From the NCBI GenBank assembly GCA_958295715.1, contig OY282371.1, forward strand, positions 1,406,267 through 1,470,266: DNA of 64,000 nt. Direction: 5' to 3'. Made by a program: the position numbers and the translations under genes. Positions within the stretch are counted from its first letter, which is position 1. Every line of letters begins with the position of its first letter. This stretch comes from an uncultured Dehalococcoidia bacterium. GTDB taxonomy: Bacteria; Chloroflexota; Dehalococcoidia; Lucifugimonadales; GCA-2712585. This document shows, in pieces, positions 44,931 through 53,923 of this stretch. Below the pieces are notes generated by a model. The model made no database searches, had not been told where the DNA came from, and saw only the letters and a program-made list of their open reading frames with translations.

Positions 44931-44998
44931 GAGCGCTCCTTAATCGCAAGTAAAAGGGGACTGGCGCTCAACGGCGCAGCCCCTAGTTTGGATTGAGG

Positions 44999-45027
44999 AT
45001 GTTAACAGGGGGATGGCGGCGTGTCAA
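44999..45027 (-). promoter_or_regulatory. candidate promoter TTGACA-17-TAACAT for the thrC-like operon
   Basis: Minus-strand hexamers at 45027-45022 and 45004-44999, giving a leader of about 60-65 nt before the ATG at 44930. Confidence 0.45.
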
Positions 45028-45156
45028 CGCGGGAAGCCGCGCGGGGCCGCGCGGTGGCTCTGCGGTCACAACGCTTTGACAGGCGCAAGGGGCAAAATAA
45101 AACAAGAGGACCAGTTGTGATTCCTCCTGGGAATCACCATCTGGCCCTTCATGTCC

Positions 45157-45185
45157 AACATAGCTGATGTCGCTTCTTTTGTCAA
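45157..45185 (-). promoter_or_regulatory. candidate promoter TTGACA-17-TATGTT (drives a short hairpin-terminated transcript or a long leader)
   Basis: Minus-strand hexamers at 45185-45180 and 45162-45157. The GTGATTCC/GGAATCAC hairpin and T-rich tract lie downstream, at about 45095-45138. Confidence 0.35.
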
Positions 45186-45209
45186 ATCTCTGCGTGGTGG
45201 CGCTATGCC

Positions 45210-45236
45210 AAAGCCCCCGACCGGGTCGGGGGCTTT
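45210..45236 (-). terminator. intrinsic terminator after hsp20 (bidirectional shape)
   Basis: AAAGCCCCCGAC-CGG-GTCGGGGGCTTT: a perfect 12-bp stem including A/T flanks, 50 nt downstream of the hsp20 stop. Confidence 0.6.
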
Positions 45237-45286
45237 GCGCCGTTCAGAGGCGGGGCCGGTTCATTGCCGCCGGGCTTAAGGCTCGG

Positions 45287-45730
45287 CTACGCCTTTATCT
45301 GAATCTTTTGGGCCTTGGCCTCCGGGGCCTTGGGGATGGTGACGGTCAGAATGCCGTCCTGGAAGGCGGCCTCCGCCTTGTGGGCGTCCAGGCCCTTGGG
45401 CAGGGCCACGGAGCGGTGGAAGGAGCCGAAGAGGCCCCATCTAGCCGTCATGCCGCTCTTCTCCCCCTCCTCCTTCTCCTTGACCTCGCCCTTGAGAACC
45501 AGGGCGCCGTCGACAACGGTCAGGTCCACGTCCTCGGCCCGGAAGCCGGGGATAACGACCCGCACCACAAAGGCGTCGTCGGTGAAGAAGGCGTCGGTGG
45601 GAACGAGGCGGCCCCCGTGACGAAGGCCGTACAGGGCGCTAAGGGGCAGAAGGTGAAGGGGCCACGCGCGGGCCGTCGCCTCACCCATTCTTCCCCGGTG
45701 TCCAAAGGGGTCCCAACGCTGAATCGCCAT
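45287..45730 (-). CDS. Hsp20/alpha-crystallin small heat-shock protein
   Basis: 147 aa. ACD pattern (VVRVVIPGFRAEDVDLTVVDGALVLKGE..FHRSVALP..GILTVTIPK). Confidence 0.9.
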   Translation of the reverse strand: MAIQRWDPFGHRGRMGEATARAWPLHLLPLSALYGLRHGGRLVPTDAFFTDDAFVVRVVIPGFRAEDVDLTVVDGALVLKGEVKEKEEGEKSGMTARWGLFGSFHRSVALPKGLDAHKAEAAFQDGILTVTIPKAPEAKAQKIQIKA

Positions 45731-45803
45731 ATCTAATACCTCCTGTTTTCTGTTTTTCGCCGGGTGAAGCCTCGCGGTGGAGTCTCCATTCCTGACATTT
45801 AGA

Positions 45804-45832
45804 ATTATACATAGTTGAGTTTATATTGTCAA
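45804..45832 (-). promoter_or_regulatory. perfect consensus promoter TTGACA-17-TATAAT for hsp20
   Basis: Minus-strand hexamers at 45832-45827 and 45809-45804 in an AT-rich divergent intergenic region. Confidence 0.6.
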
Positions 45833-45836
45833 CTAT
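45811..45836. promoter_or_regulatory. inverted repeat ATAGTTGA-N10-TCAACTAT overlapping the hsp20 -35/spacer (candidate HspR operator)
   Basis: 8-bp arms at 45811-45818 and 45829-45836. The TTGA..TCAA core resembles the HAIR operator (CTTGAGT-N7-ACTCAAG) with a one-nt spacing difference. Confidence 0.45.
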
Positions 45837-45884
45837 CATTATAATACTGCCAGCATGTTACATTATAAGAATACGCTAATTTAC

Positions 45885-45913
45885 TTGACATCTAACCCTG
45901 TTCCACCTACAAT
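45885..45913 (+). promoter_or_regulatory. promoter TTGACA-17-TACAAT for the dnaJ-like/hspR/clp operon
   Basis: Hexamers at 45885-45890 and 45908-45913, about 40 nt upstream of the ATG at 45956. Confidence 0.55.
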
Positions 45914-45955
45914 AACTATACCAGTTATCCCATCAGCAAGGCCGCGGGCAGCGTC

Positions 45956-46831
45956 ATGGCAAACTACTACGACATACTGGGCGTTGGAAGGGGGGCCTCG
46001 GAGGCGGACGTCAGGAAGGCCTACCGCCGGCTTGCGCGCGAGCATCATCCGGACGTCAACCCCAACGACAAGGAGGCCGAGGAGCGGTTCAAGGAGATAA
46101 ACGAGGCCTATCAGGTATTGTCGGACCCAGAGAGCCGCAAGAAGTACGACGCCTACGGCGAGAACTGGCGGCAGGCCCAGCGCATGGAGGAGGCCCGCGG
46201 CCCCCACAACCCCTTCTCCCGGTTCTCGTGGGATGGCGGCCCGTCCTTCTTCGGCGGGGCCTCGGCGGACATCTTCGAAGGGCTGTTCAACCGCCGGCGC
46301 AACGGCTCCGCCAGGACTACGATAGAGCGGCAGACCACGTTGACGCTGGAGGAGGCGTATTGGGGCGCGACCCGTCGTGTCTCGGTCCCGGGAGGCGCCG
46401 GCGAGGCGAGGGAGCGGCTGCTGGACGTGAAGATTCCCGCCGGGGTGGACAACGGTTCCCGCGTCAACGTGGTCTACGACAAGGAGGGCCGGCAGAGCGT
46501 CAGCCTGCGCGTCCGGGTCCAGCCCCATCCCCGCTTCCGGCGGGAGGGCGGCGACCTGCGAACGGAGGTGGAGGCCCCGGTGCTGGACATGGTGGTGGGC
46601 GGGGAGATCCCGGTGGACGCCATCAAGGGCAAGGTGGACCTGAAAATCCCGCCGGAGACCCAGAACGGCCAGACCTTCCGACTGGCGGGTCTGGGGATGC
46701 CGCGGCTGAACAGCCCCGGCGTCTACGGCGACCTCTACGTGAAGGTTAAGGTCAAGGTGCCCAAGGGCCTCAGCGACAGGGAGCGCGAGCTCTTTCAGCA
46801 GCTGAAGGACCTGGGCGCGGTGAGGAGATAG
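45956..46831 (+). CDS. DnaJ-class co-chaperone without zinc finger (CbpA-like)
   Basis: 291 aa. J domain [24 protein letters not shown]-like linker, C-terminal substrate-binding domains, no CxxCxGxG repeats. Confidence 0.85.
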   Translation: MANYYDILGVGRGASEADVRKAYRRLAREHHPDVNPNDKEAEERFKEINEAYQVLSDPESRKKYDAYGENWRQAQRMEEARGPHNPFSRFSWDGGPSFFGGASADIFEGLFNRRRNGSARTTIERQTTLTLEEAYWGATRRVSVPGGAGEARERLLDVKIPAGVDNGSRVNVVYDKEGRQSVSLRVRVQPHPRFRREGGDLRTEVEAPVLDMVVGGEIPVDAIKGKVDLKIPPETQNGQTFRLAGLGMPRLNSPGVYGDLYVKVKVKVPKGLSDRERELFQQLKDLGAVRR

Positions 46832-46834
46832 CCA

Positions 46835-47191
46835 ATGGTTTTCGGCCAACACTCCAATACGGAGCCGTGCTACGTCATCAGCATAGCGGCTCGAATGGTG
46901 GGGCTGCACGCCCAAACCCTCCGGTACTACGAACGGGTGGGGCTGCTTTCCCCCTCCCGGTCCCTGGGGCGGCAGCGGCTCTACTCGGCGGTGGACGTCG
47001 AAAGGCTGCGCCGCATCAAGACCCTAACGGAGGAGATGGGCGTGAACCTGGCAGGCGCGGAGGTGGCCCTCCGGCTCATGGAGCAGATGAAGGGGATGCA
47101 GCGGGAAATAGACCGGCTGAAGGGCGAGGTCAGCCGGCTCCGGTTCCAAGACTCACGGGACGGTAAAAACTCCGAAAGGCGGGCAGGATGA
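46835..47191 (+). CDS. hspR: MerR-family heat-shock repressor HspR
   Basis: 118 aa. YVISIAARMVGLHAQTLRYYERVGLLSPSR wHTH. Sits downstream of dnaJ and upstream of a Clp ATPase, as in HspR operons. Confidence 0.8.
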   Translation: MVFGQHSNTEPCYVISIAARMVGLHAQTLRYYERVGLLSPSRSLGRQRLYSAVDVERLRRIKTLTEEMGVNLAGAEVALRLMEQMKGMQREIDRLKGEVSRLRFQDSRDGKNSERRAG

Positions 47192-49677
47192 TGCAACGAG
47201 GCCCTGAGCGATTCACGGAACAGGCGCGCCTGGCCCTGTCCAACTCCCAAGACATCCTGCGCCAGTACAAGCACAGCCAGTGGGACGTGGAGCACATCTT
47301 GTTGGCCCTTCTGCGGCAGGAGGACGGCCTGGCGGAGCAGATACTGAAGCGGTTGGACGTGTCGATGCCGGACCTGAAGGCCCAGGTGGAACGGGCCTTG
47401 GGCCAGTCGCCCAAGAGCGCCAATCCGGTGAGCCAGGTCTACAACACGCCCCGGTCGGCCAAGCTGCTGAAGAACGCCGAGGCCGAGGCCGGGCGCATGA
47501 AGGACGAGTTCATCGGCGTGGAGCATCTGCTGATTGCCGCCGCCATGGTGGAGGACGGCGCCGGGGCCGCGGCCCTGAAGGGCGCGGGCGTTACCCTGGA
47601 GCGGATTTACAAGGCGTTGGCCGAGATAAGAGGCCCCCACCGCGTCACCGACGCCCGGGCCGAGAGCAAGTACGGCTCTCTGAAGCGGTACAGCATCGAC
47701 CTGACGGAGTTGGCCCTCCAGGGGAAGCTGGACCCGGTCGTGTGCAGAGACGAGGAGATCCGGCGGGTGATGCAGACGCTGATTCGCCGCAAGAAGAACA
47801 ACCCGGTGGTCATCGGGGAGGCCGGCGTGGGCAAGACGGCCATCGCCGAGGGGCTGGCCCAGAGAATCGCGGCCGGAGACGTGCCCAACACGCTGAAGAA
47901 CCGCCGGGTGATGGCCCTGGACATGGGCGCGCTGGTGGCGGGCAGCAAGTTCCGCGGCGAGTTCGAGGAGCGCGTCAAGGCGGTGATAGACGAGGTGAAG
48001 GCGGCCAAGGGCGAGGTGTTCCTCTTTATCGACGAGATTCACACCATGGTGGGGGCCGGCGGCGCCGAGGGGGCCATCGACGCCAGCAACCTCCTGAAGC
48101 CGGCCCTCGCCAGAGGTGAGATGCAGACCATCGGGGCAACGACGGTCAGCGAGTACCGCAGGCACATTGAGAAGGACTCGGCCCTAGAGCGGCGGTTCCA
48201 GCCCATCTATCTGGAGGAGCCGTCCCTGGATGAGACCGTTGAGATACTGAACGCCCTGAAGCCTCGCTATGAGATACACCACAAGGTGACCATAGACAGT
48301 TCGGCCCTGAAGGCGGCGGCCAGTCTGAGTCACCGCTACCTGACGGACCGGCACCTGCCCGACAAGGCGGTGGACCTGCTCGACGAGGCCGCCAGCAAGC
48401 TGCGGCTGGACGCCGAAAGCCTCCCCGCAAGGCTCAAGGAGAAGGAGGGACGGCTTCTGGAACTGGGCGACATAGAGGAGGCCGCGGCCCAGCGAGGGGA
48501 CTATGAGCGGGCCGCGCAGATAAAGACGGAGAAGCTGCGCATCGAGCAGGAGTACGAGGCGGAGCGCAACGAGTGGTTCAAGGAGAAGCGTATCGACGCG
48601 GACATGCGGGTGGACGCCGAGGACATCGCCCAGCTGATTCACAGCTGGACCGGAATCCCGGTGGCCCGGCTGCTGGAGGGTGAGGCCGAGCGGCTCCTTC
48701 AGATGGAGGAGCGGCTACACCAGCGCATCGTGGGCCAGGATGAGGCCGTCAACGCCGTTTCCGAGGCCATACGCCGCTCCCGCTCCCGGCTCCAGGACCC
48801 GCGGAGGCCCATCGGCAGCTTCATATTCCTCGGGCCGACGGGGGTGGGAAAGACGGAGTTGGCCCGCGTCCTGGCCCAGTACCTGTTTGACGACGAGGAC
48901 GCCATGGTCCGGATGGACATGTCTGAGTACATGGAGCGGCACGCGGTGTCGCGGCTCATCGGCGCGCCGCCGGGCTACGTGGGCTACGAGGAGGGCGGCC
49001 AGCTGGCCGAGGCGGTGCGGAGCCGTCCCTTCCGGGTCGTCCTCTTCGACGAGATTGAGAAGGCCCATCCCGAGGTGTTCAACATCCTGCTCCAGATACT
49101 GGAGGACGGGCGGCTGACCGACGGCCAGGGCCGGACGGTGGACTTCCGCAACACGGTTATAATAATGACCAGCAACCTGGGCTCCAGAGAGGCGGGCCGG
49201 TCCCAGGTGGGGTTCCGCGCCTACGGGCGGGGCATCCTCGACGAGGAGCGGCTGAAGCGGTCCGTGGAGGCGGCCTTGAAGCAGGCCTTCCGCCCGGAGT
49301 TCCTGAATCGCATAGACGAGGTGATTGTCTTCAACGCCCTCACCCCGGCGCAGATTAAGGAAATCGTCACGTTAATGACCCAGGACATCCAGGAGCGGCT
49401 GGCGGAGCGCATGATAACCATTGAGATGACGGACGCCGCCCTCGATTGGCTGGTGCGGGAGGGGTACGACCCAGTGTACGGCGCCCGGCCCCTGCGCCGC
49501 GCCCTCCAGCGATACGTGGAGAACCCCATGTCCAAGAAGATCCTCGCCGGGGAGCTCAAGGAGGGCGACCACGTGACGGTGGTCCTGGAGGGGAACGCCC
49601 TGGCCTTCAGGGCCGGGGCGCCGGTGGCCGCCGCCGCCGTTCCCGCAAGCCCCGTGGGAGCCGAGGGGCAGGACTAA
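47188..49677 (+). CDS. Clp/Hsp100 AAA+ ATPase, ClpC-like (short UVR-type middle domain)
   Basis: 829 aa. Clp-N repeats, two Walker A boxes ([16 protein letters not shown]), short M-domain with a UVR-like [23 protein letters not shown], and a GFRA loop (QVGFRAYG) where ClpP-binding tripeptides sit. The M-domain is shorter than in canonical ClpB. Confidence 0.85.
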   Translation: MMQRGPERFTEQARLALSNSQDILRQYKHSQWDVEHILLALLRQEDGLAEQILKRLDVSMPDLKAQVERALGQSPKSANPVSQVYNTPRSAKLLKNAEAEAGRMKDEFIGVEHLLIAAAMVEDGAGAAALKGAGVTLERIYKALAEIRGPHRVTDARAESKYGSLKRYSIDLTELALQGKLDPVVCRDEEIRRVMQTLIRRKKNNPVVIGEAGVGKTAIAEGLAQRIAAGDVPNTLKNRRVMALDMGALVAGSKFRGEFEERVKAVIDEVKAAKGEVFLFIDEIHTMVGAGGAEGAIDASNLLKPALARGEMQTIGATTVSEYRRHIEKDSALERRFQPIYLEEPSLDETVEILNALKPRYEIHHKVTIDSSALKAAASLSHRYLTDRHLPDKAVDLLDEAASKLRLDAESLPARLKEKEGRLLELGDIEEAAAQRGDYERAAQIKTEKLRIEQEYEAERNEWFKEKRIDADMRVDAEDIAQLIHSWTGIPVARLLEGEAERLLQMEERLHQRIVGQDEAVNAVSEAIRRSRSRLQDPRRPIGSFIFLGPTGVGKTELARVLAQYLFDDEDAMVRMDMSEYMERHAVSRLIGAPPGYVGYEEGGQLAEAVRSRPFRVVLFDEIEKAHPEVFNILLQILEDGRLTDGQGRTVDFRNTVIIMTSNLGSREAGRSQVGFRAYGRGILDEERLKRSVEAALKQAFRPEFLNRIDEVIVFNALTPAQIKEIVTLMTQDIQERLAERMITIEMTDAALDWLVREGYDPVYGARPLRRALQRYVENPMSKKILAGELKEGDHVTVVLEGNALAFRAGAPVAAAAVPASPVGAEGQD

Positions 49678-49946
49678 AGCGACGCCGCGCGATGGATGAA
49701 GGGGCGGCCCTTTCCATTCACCCTGCCCGTCAAGGGGCCTTTGTCACACGCCGCCCCAGCCGGGGCGCTATTCATAAGCGGCGGGCTATATGGTATGCTT
49801 GCGGTTACAGGTGTTTCACAACTCTCATCACGTTTAGGCCCACAAGAGAGAACACGGCTTACTTAAGCGCAATTCTTTTCTTTTTTACGGAACCCTCTCT
49901 TCCGGGCCGGAAGGGGTGGACGAGAGAAGTGGCGGGTTACTAGAAA

Positions 49947-50987
49947 GTGCTCGTTCGACTGCTAAGTCTCGTTCTGTTTGCCGTCATCGGCTGGCGGGTA
50001 AGCGTGGCTACGTCGGTGGCTCCCGAGGGGGCCGCCGGATATATCCCTTGGGGGCTGGTCTTCACAGTCACCGGGGCGGCCTTGGGCATCGCCGCCGGGC
50101 CGCATCTGACGATAAATCCCATCAAGCGGCTCATCGACGAGGCCAACAGAATGTCCCTGGCCACCATAGCGGCGGGCACCCTGGGGCTGATTGTGGGACT
50201 GGTCGTGGCCGCCCTCATATCCATACCCTTCTTCCAGTTGACCGGCGGGTTGAACTGGATAATCCCCCTCATTATAAGCGGCGCCCTGGCCTTCATTGGG
50301 TTCTCCGTGGGGGTGCACAGGGAACGGGACCTCCATCAGATAATACCCGTGGGCGGCAGGGGCCACCGGTCCGGCGGCCAGATAAGCGGGAACATCCTGG
50401 TGGACACCAGCGCCATCATCGACGGGCGGATGGGCGACCTGAGCGAGACGGGGTTTGTTCAGGGAACCCTGATAATTCCCCAGTTCGTGCTTGACGAATT
50501 GCGACACATTGCTGACTCCAGCGACTCGTCCCGGCGCACCCGCGGACGCCGGGGGCTGGAGGTGCTGTCTAACCTGCGGCGCAGCGGCGACATCCCCATG
50601 CGGGTGCTGGACGTTCAGGTGCCCGCCGGCGGGGAGGTGGACGCCGAGTTGGTGCGCCTCGCCAAGGACATGAAGGCCCACATCCTGACCACCGACTTCA
50701 ACCTGAACCGCGTCGCCGAGCTCAACGGCGTCAACGTGCTGAACGTGAACCAGTTGGCCAACGCCCTGAAGCCCATGGTCCTCCCCGGCGAGAACCTGGC
50801 GGTGAACATCATCCAGGAGGGCAAGGAGGTCGGGCAGGGGGTGGCCTTCCTGGACGACGGAACCATGGTGGTGGTGGACCGGGGAAAGCGGTACATCAAC
50901 TCGGTCCAGGAGGTGACGGTGACCCGCGTGCTTCAGACGGCGGCGGGCCGCATCATATTCGCCCAGATGCGCGGGCCATATAGATGA
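49947..50987 (+). CDS. yacL: PIN/TRAM-domain membrane-anchored protein
   Basis: 346 aa, GTG start. 3-4 N-terminal TM helices, PIN core LVDTSAIIDGR..ELRHIADS, C-terminal TRAM-like beta domain. Confidence 0.8.
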   Translation: MLVRLLSLVLFAVIGWRVSVATSVAPEGAAGYIPWGLVFTVTGAALGIAAGPHLTINPIKRLIDEANRMSLATIAAGTLGLIVGLVVAALISIPFFQLTGGLNWIIPLIISGALAFIGFSVGVHRERDLHQIIPVGGRGHRSGGQISGNILVDTSAIIDGRMGDLSETGFVQGTLIIPQFVLDELRHIADSSDSSRRTRGRRGLEVLSNLRRSGDIPMRVLDVQVPAGGEVDAELVRLAKDMKAHILTTDFNLNRVAELNGVNVLNVNQLANALKPMVLPGENLAVNIIQEGKEVGQGVAFLDDGTMVVVDRGKRYINSVQEVTVTRVLQTAAGRIIFAQMRGPYR

Positions 50988-51700
50988 CCCCGAGCTCGGC
51001 TCCCACCGGGGCCGCGGTAGGGGCCATAGTCCTGGGCGCCGGCCAAAGCAGCCGCATGGAGGGGATGGACAAGATATTCACCCTCGTTCATGGACACCCG
51101 CTAATCGCCCACTCCCTGCGCGTTCTGGCGTCGCTGCCCGGCCTTGACAGGATAGCCCTCGTCCTCCCGCAGGACCGTCTTCACGCGGGAAGGGAGCTTG
51201 CGGCGCGGTACGCTTGGGGAGGCAAGGTCCGGGTGTGCGCGGGCGGTCTGATGAGGCAGGACTCGGCGCGGGCCGGTCTGGAGGCCCTGGGGCCGTGCGA
51301 GTGGGTGGTGGCGCACGACGGGGCCCGTCCTCTGGTGGACGCGGCCATGGCCCTCCGCGGATTGGAGGCCGCCCGGGAGACGGGGGCGGCGGTGGCCGCG
51401 GTCCCGGCCAAGGACACGGTGAAAATCGTGTCGGAGGACGGAATCGTCCGGGAAACGCCGCCCAGGGAGTCGGTGTGGCAGGCGCAGACGCCGCAGGTGT
51501 TCCTGCGGTCCCTGCTTCTGGAGGCCCACCGCAAGGCCAAGGGCGTCTTTACCGACGACGCCGCCATGGTGGAGAGCCTGGGTCGCCCCGTCAAGGTGTT
51601 CCTGGGTTCCTACCGCAACATCAAGGTCACCACCCCCGAGGACCTGCTCCTGGTGAAGGCCCTCATGGAGGCGTCGGAGCCGGAGAGGGTCCGCCGGTGA
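50984..51700 (+). CDS. ispD: 2-C-methyl-D-erythritol 4-phosphate cytidylyltransferase
   Basis: 238 aa. AIVLGAGQSSRM, VAHDGARP, AVPAKDTVK. Confidence 0.9.
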   Translation: MTPSSAPTGAAVGAIVLGAGQSSRMEGMDKIFTLVHGHPLIAHSLRVLASLPGLDRIALVLPQDRLHAGRELAARYAWGGKVRVCAGGLMRQDSARAGLEALGPCEWVVAHDGARPLVDAAMALRGLEAARETGAAVAAVPAKDTVKIVSEDGIVRETPPRESVWQAQTPQVFLRSLLLEAHRKAKGVFTDDAAMVESLGRPVKVFLGSYRNIKVTTPEDLLLVKALMEASEPERVRR

Positions 51701-52176
51701 ACGCGCGGGTCGGGTTGGGATTTGACGCCCACCCGCTGGTGGAGGGCCGCAGGCTTGTCCTGGGAGGCGTCGACGTCCCCTTCGAGAAGGGGCTTTCGGG
51801 GCACAGCGATGGCGACGTGGCAGTTCACGCCCTGCTGGACGCGCTCTTGGGCGCGGCGGGGCTGGGGGACAAGGGGTTCCATTTTCCCTCAAATGACCCG
51901 GAGTTGAAGGGCGTGTCGAGCCTCGTTCTCCTGGGGCGTGTGCGGTCCATCCTGGCCGGTAACGGATGGCGAGTGGTGAACCTGGATGCTACAATACTTG
52001 CCCAGAGGCCCCGGCTGGAGGGGTTCATAGGAGCGATGCGGCAACGGGTGGCCGGAACCCTGAGAATAGAAGAGGCCAGGGTGAGCCTGAAGGCCACCAC
52101 CACCGACTTTATGGGGTTTACAGGCAGGGAAGACGGCATGGCGGCCTGCGCCGTGGCCTTGGTGGAGGCCGCGTGA
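51697..52176 (+). CDS. ispF: 2-C-methyl-D-erythritol 2,4-cyclodiphosphate synthase
   Basis: GTG start overlapping the ispD stop (GTGA). VGLGFDAHPL, SGHSDGDVAVHAL. The upstream part of the 320-aa track ORF is rejected. Confidence 0.9.
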   Translation: MNARVGLGFDAHPLVEGRRLVLGGVDVPFEKGLSGHSDGDVAVHALLDALLGAAGLGDKGFHFPSNDPELKGVSSLVLLGRVRSILAGNGWRVVNLDATILAQRPRLEGFIGAMRQRVAGTLRIEEARVSLKATTTDFMGFTGREDGMAACAVALVEAA

Positions 52177-53645
52177 TGCGGCTGTACAACACCCTATCGG
52201 GAAGGGTGGAGGAGTTTGCCCCATCCGGCGACCAGGCCCTGATGTACGTGTGCGGCATTACGCCCTACGCCTCGAGCCACGTGGGACACGCCCTGAGCTC
52301 CGTGGTCTTTGACGCCCTGAGGCGGTATCTGGAGTTCCGGGGTCTCAAGGTGCGCCACGTTCAGAATTTCACCGACGTCGACGATAAGATAATCGCCCGC
52401 GCCGCCGAGGAGGGCGTGAGTTTCCGGGACCTGTCCGACCGCTACACTCAAGAGTACAAGGCCGACCTGTCGCGCCTGGGCGTCCTGCCCGCTCACGCCT
52501 ACCCCATGGCCACGGAGTCTATTCCCCGTATGGTGGAGATTATCGCCGGCCTGATAGACAGGGGCCACGCCTATCCTTCCAAGGGAGACGTCTACTTCCG
52601 AGTGGCGAGTTACCGCGAGTACGGGAAGCTGAGCCGCCGCTCCCTTGATAGCATGGTGGCCGGCGCGCGGGTGGAGACCGCCGCGGGCAAGGAGCACCCC
52701 ATGGACTTCACCCTGTGGAAGGCGGCCAAGCCCAAGGAGCCTTCCTGGGAAAGCCCGTGGGGTCCCGGCCGCCCGGGGTGGCACATCGAGTGCAGCGCCA
52801 TAGCCTTGGACTACCTGGGCGAGTCGCTGGACATCCACGGCGGCGGCCTGGACCTGGTCTTCCCCCACCACGAGAACGAGATAGCTCAAAGCGAGTGTCA
52901 CACCGGCGGGGGGCCTTTCGCCAGGTTTTGGGTCCATAACGGGCTGTTGAACATGGGCGACGACAAGATGAGCAAGTCCCTTGGGAACCTGGTCAGCGTG
53001 TCGGAAGCCCTCGAGAACCACAGCGCCGACGCCCTGCGCCTCTACTTCCTCAGCTCCCACTACCGCACGCCCCTGAACTACAGCGATACGGGTCTGGCGG
53101 CCACGGAGCGCGCCATGGACAGGCTGCGGAACGCCCTCAGCCAGGATCCCGGCGCCGGCTCCTTTGACCCCGGCCCTTATGAGAAGCGGTTCGTTGAGGC
53201 GATGGACGCCGACTTGAACACTCCCCAGGCCATCGCCGCCCTCTTCGACCTGGCCCACGAGATAAACCGGGCCAAAGAACGGGGGGATGGGGTCGGCCCC
53301 GGCCAGGAGGCCCTGCGCCGCCTTGGTGGGGTTCTGGGCCTCACCTTTAAGGCGCGGGCGGACGCGGACCTGCCCTTGGAGCGGCTGTTGGGGCTGCTGG
53401 GAGAGGTGGGGGCCAAGCTCCACGCGTCGGGGCAGCACAAGCTGGCGGGCTGGGCCGACGCCCACTCCGGCGCCCAGGATGGGGGAGAGGTGGTGGAGAC
53501 CCTTCTGGCCGTCCGCCGGGAACTGCGGGCGGTCCGGGAATATGCCATGGCCGACGGCGTTCGCGCCGGGCTTGCCGGCCTGGGGATAGAATTGAAGGAC
53601 ACCCCGAAGGAGACGGTCTGGGAGCGCAGAAAACCGGCGCCCTAG
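52176..53645 (+). CDS. cysS: cysteine--tRNA ligase
   Basis: ATG overlapping the ispF stop (TGATG). MRLYNTLSG start, HVGHA (HIGH) and KMSKSLGN motifs. 489 aa. Confidence 0.95.
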   Translation: MRLYNTLSGRVEEFAPSGDQALMYVCGITPYASSHVGHALSSVVFDALRRYLEFRGLKVRHVQNFTDVDDKIIARAAEEGVSFRDLSDRYTQEYKADLSRLGVLPAHAYPMATESIPRMVEIIAGLIDRGHAYPSKGDVYFRVASYREYGKLSRRSLDSMVAGARVETAAGKEHPMDFTLWKAAKPKEPSWESPWGPGRPGWHIECSAIALDYLGESLDIHGGGLDLVFPHHENEIAQSECHTGGGPFARFWVHNGLLNMGDDKMSKSLGNLVSVSEALENHSADALRLYFLSSHYRTPLNYSDTGLAATERAMDRLRNALSQDPGAGSFDPGPYEKRFVEAMDADLNTPQAIAALFDLAHEINRAKERGDGVGPGQEALRRLGGVLGLTFKARADADLPLERLLGLLGEVGAKLHASGQHKLAGWADAHSGAQDGGEVVETLLAVRRELRAVREYAMADGVRAGLAGLGIELKDTPKETVWERRKPAP

Positions 53646-53698
53646 ACGCGGCGCGCCCGCGCGCGTCTGCCGGCGCCAACCCGAATCTAACGGCATCC

Positions 53699-53723
53699 GG
53701 ATTCCCGTTTCCACGGGAATGAC
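53699..53723. repeat. solitary REP variant (GGATTCCCGTTTCCACGGGAATGAC)
   Basis: Same arms as the family (ATTCCCG..CGGGAAT) with a different loop. Confidence 0.8.
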
Positions 53724-53923
53724 GGGAGCCGCCATGCCCCTAGACCCGCTATCCTCGCCCTCTCCCGCCCATAGACGGTTGCGTCACCCGCGAGGAATCC
53801 GCAGCGCCGGACGCGCGCCGGTTGGCGCCAACCCTCTTTTCCAACCGGAAAGGGGATGGACGCGGCGGCAGAATGAGAATGGGCATGGGCGCGTGGCCAT
53901 AGGCAAGATGAAAAGGGGGAGCC

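Noticed and set aside
49678-49946. Possible ncRNA or terminator in the 269-nt clp-yacL intergenic region (AAGGG-GCGG-CCCTT hairpin; CTTCCGG-G-CCGGAAG palindrome preceded by a T-rich run).
   Set aside because: The hairpins are short and the T tract is on the wrong side for a plus-strand terminator. No recognisable RNA family or convincing promoter is present. Left unannotated.
53820-53842. Perfect palindrome GGTTGGCGCCAACC followed by CTCTTTTCC, as a terminator or attenuator before the FAD-oxidase gene.
   Set aside because: The stem is only 6 bp with a 2-nt loop. It lies about 175 nt after cysS and about 80 nt before the next start, with no supporting promoter context. Too weak to call.
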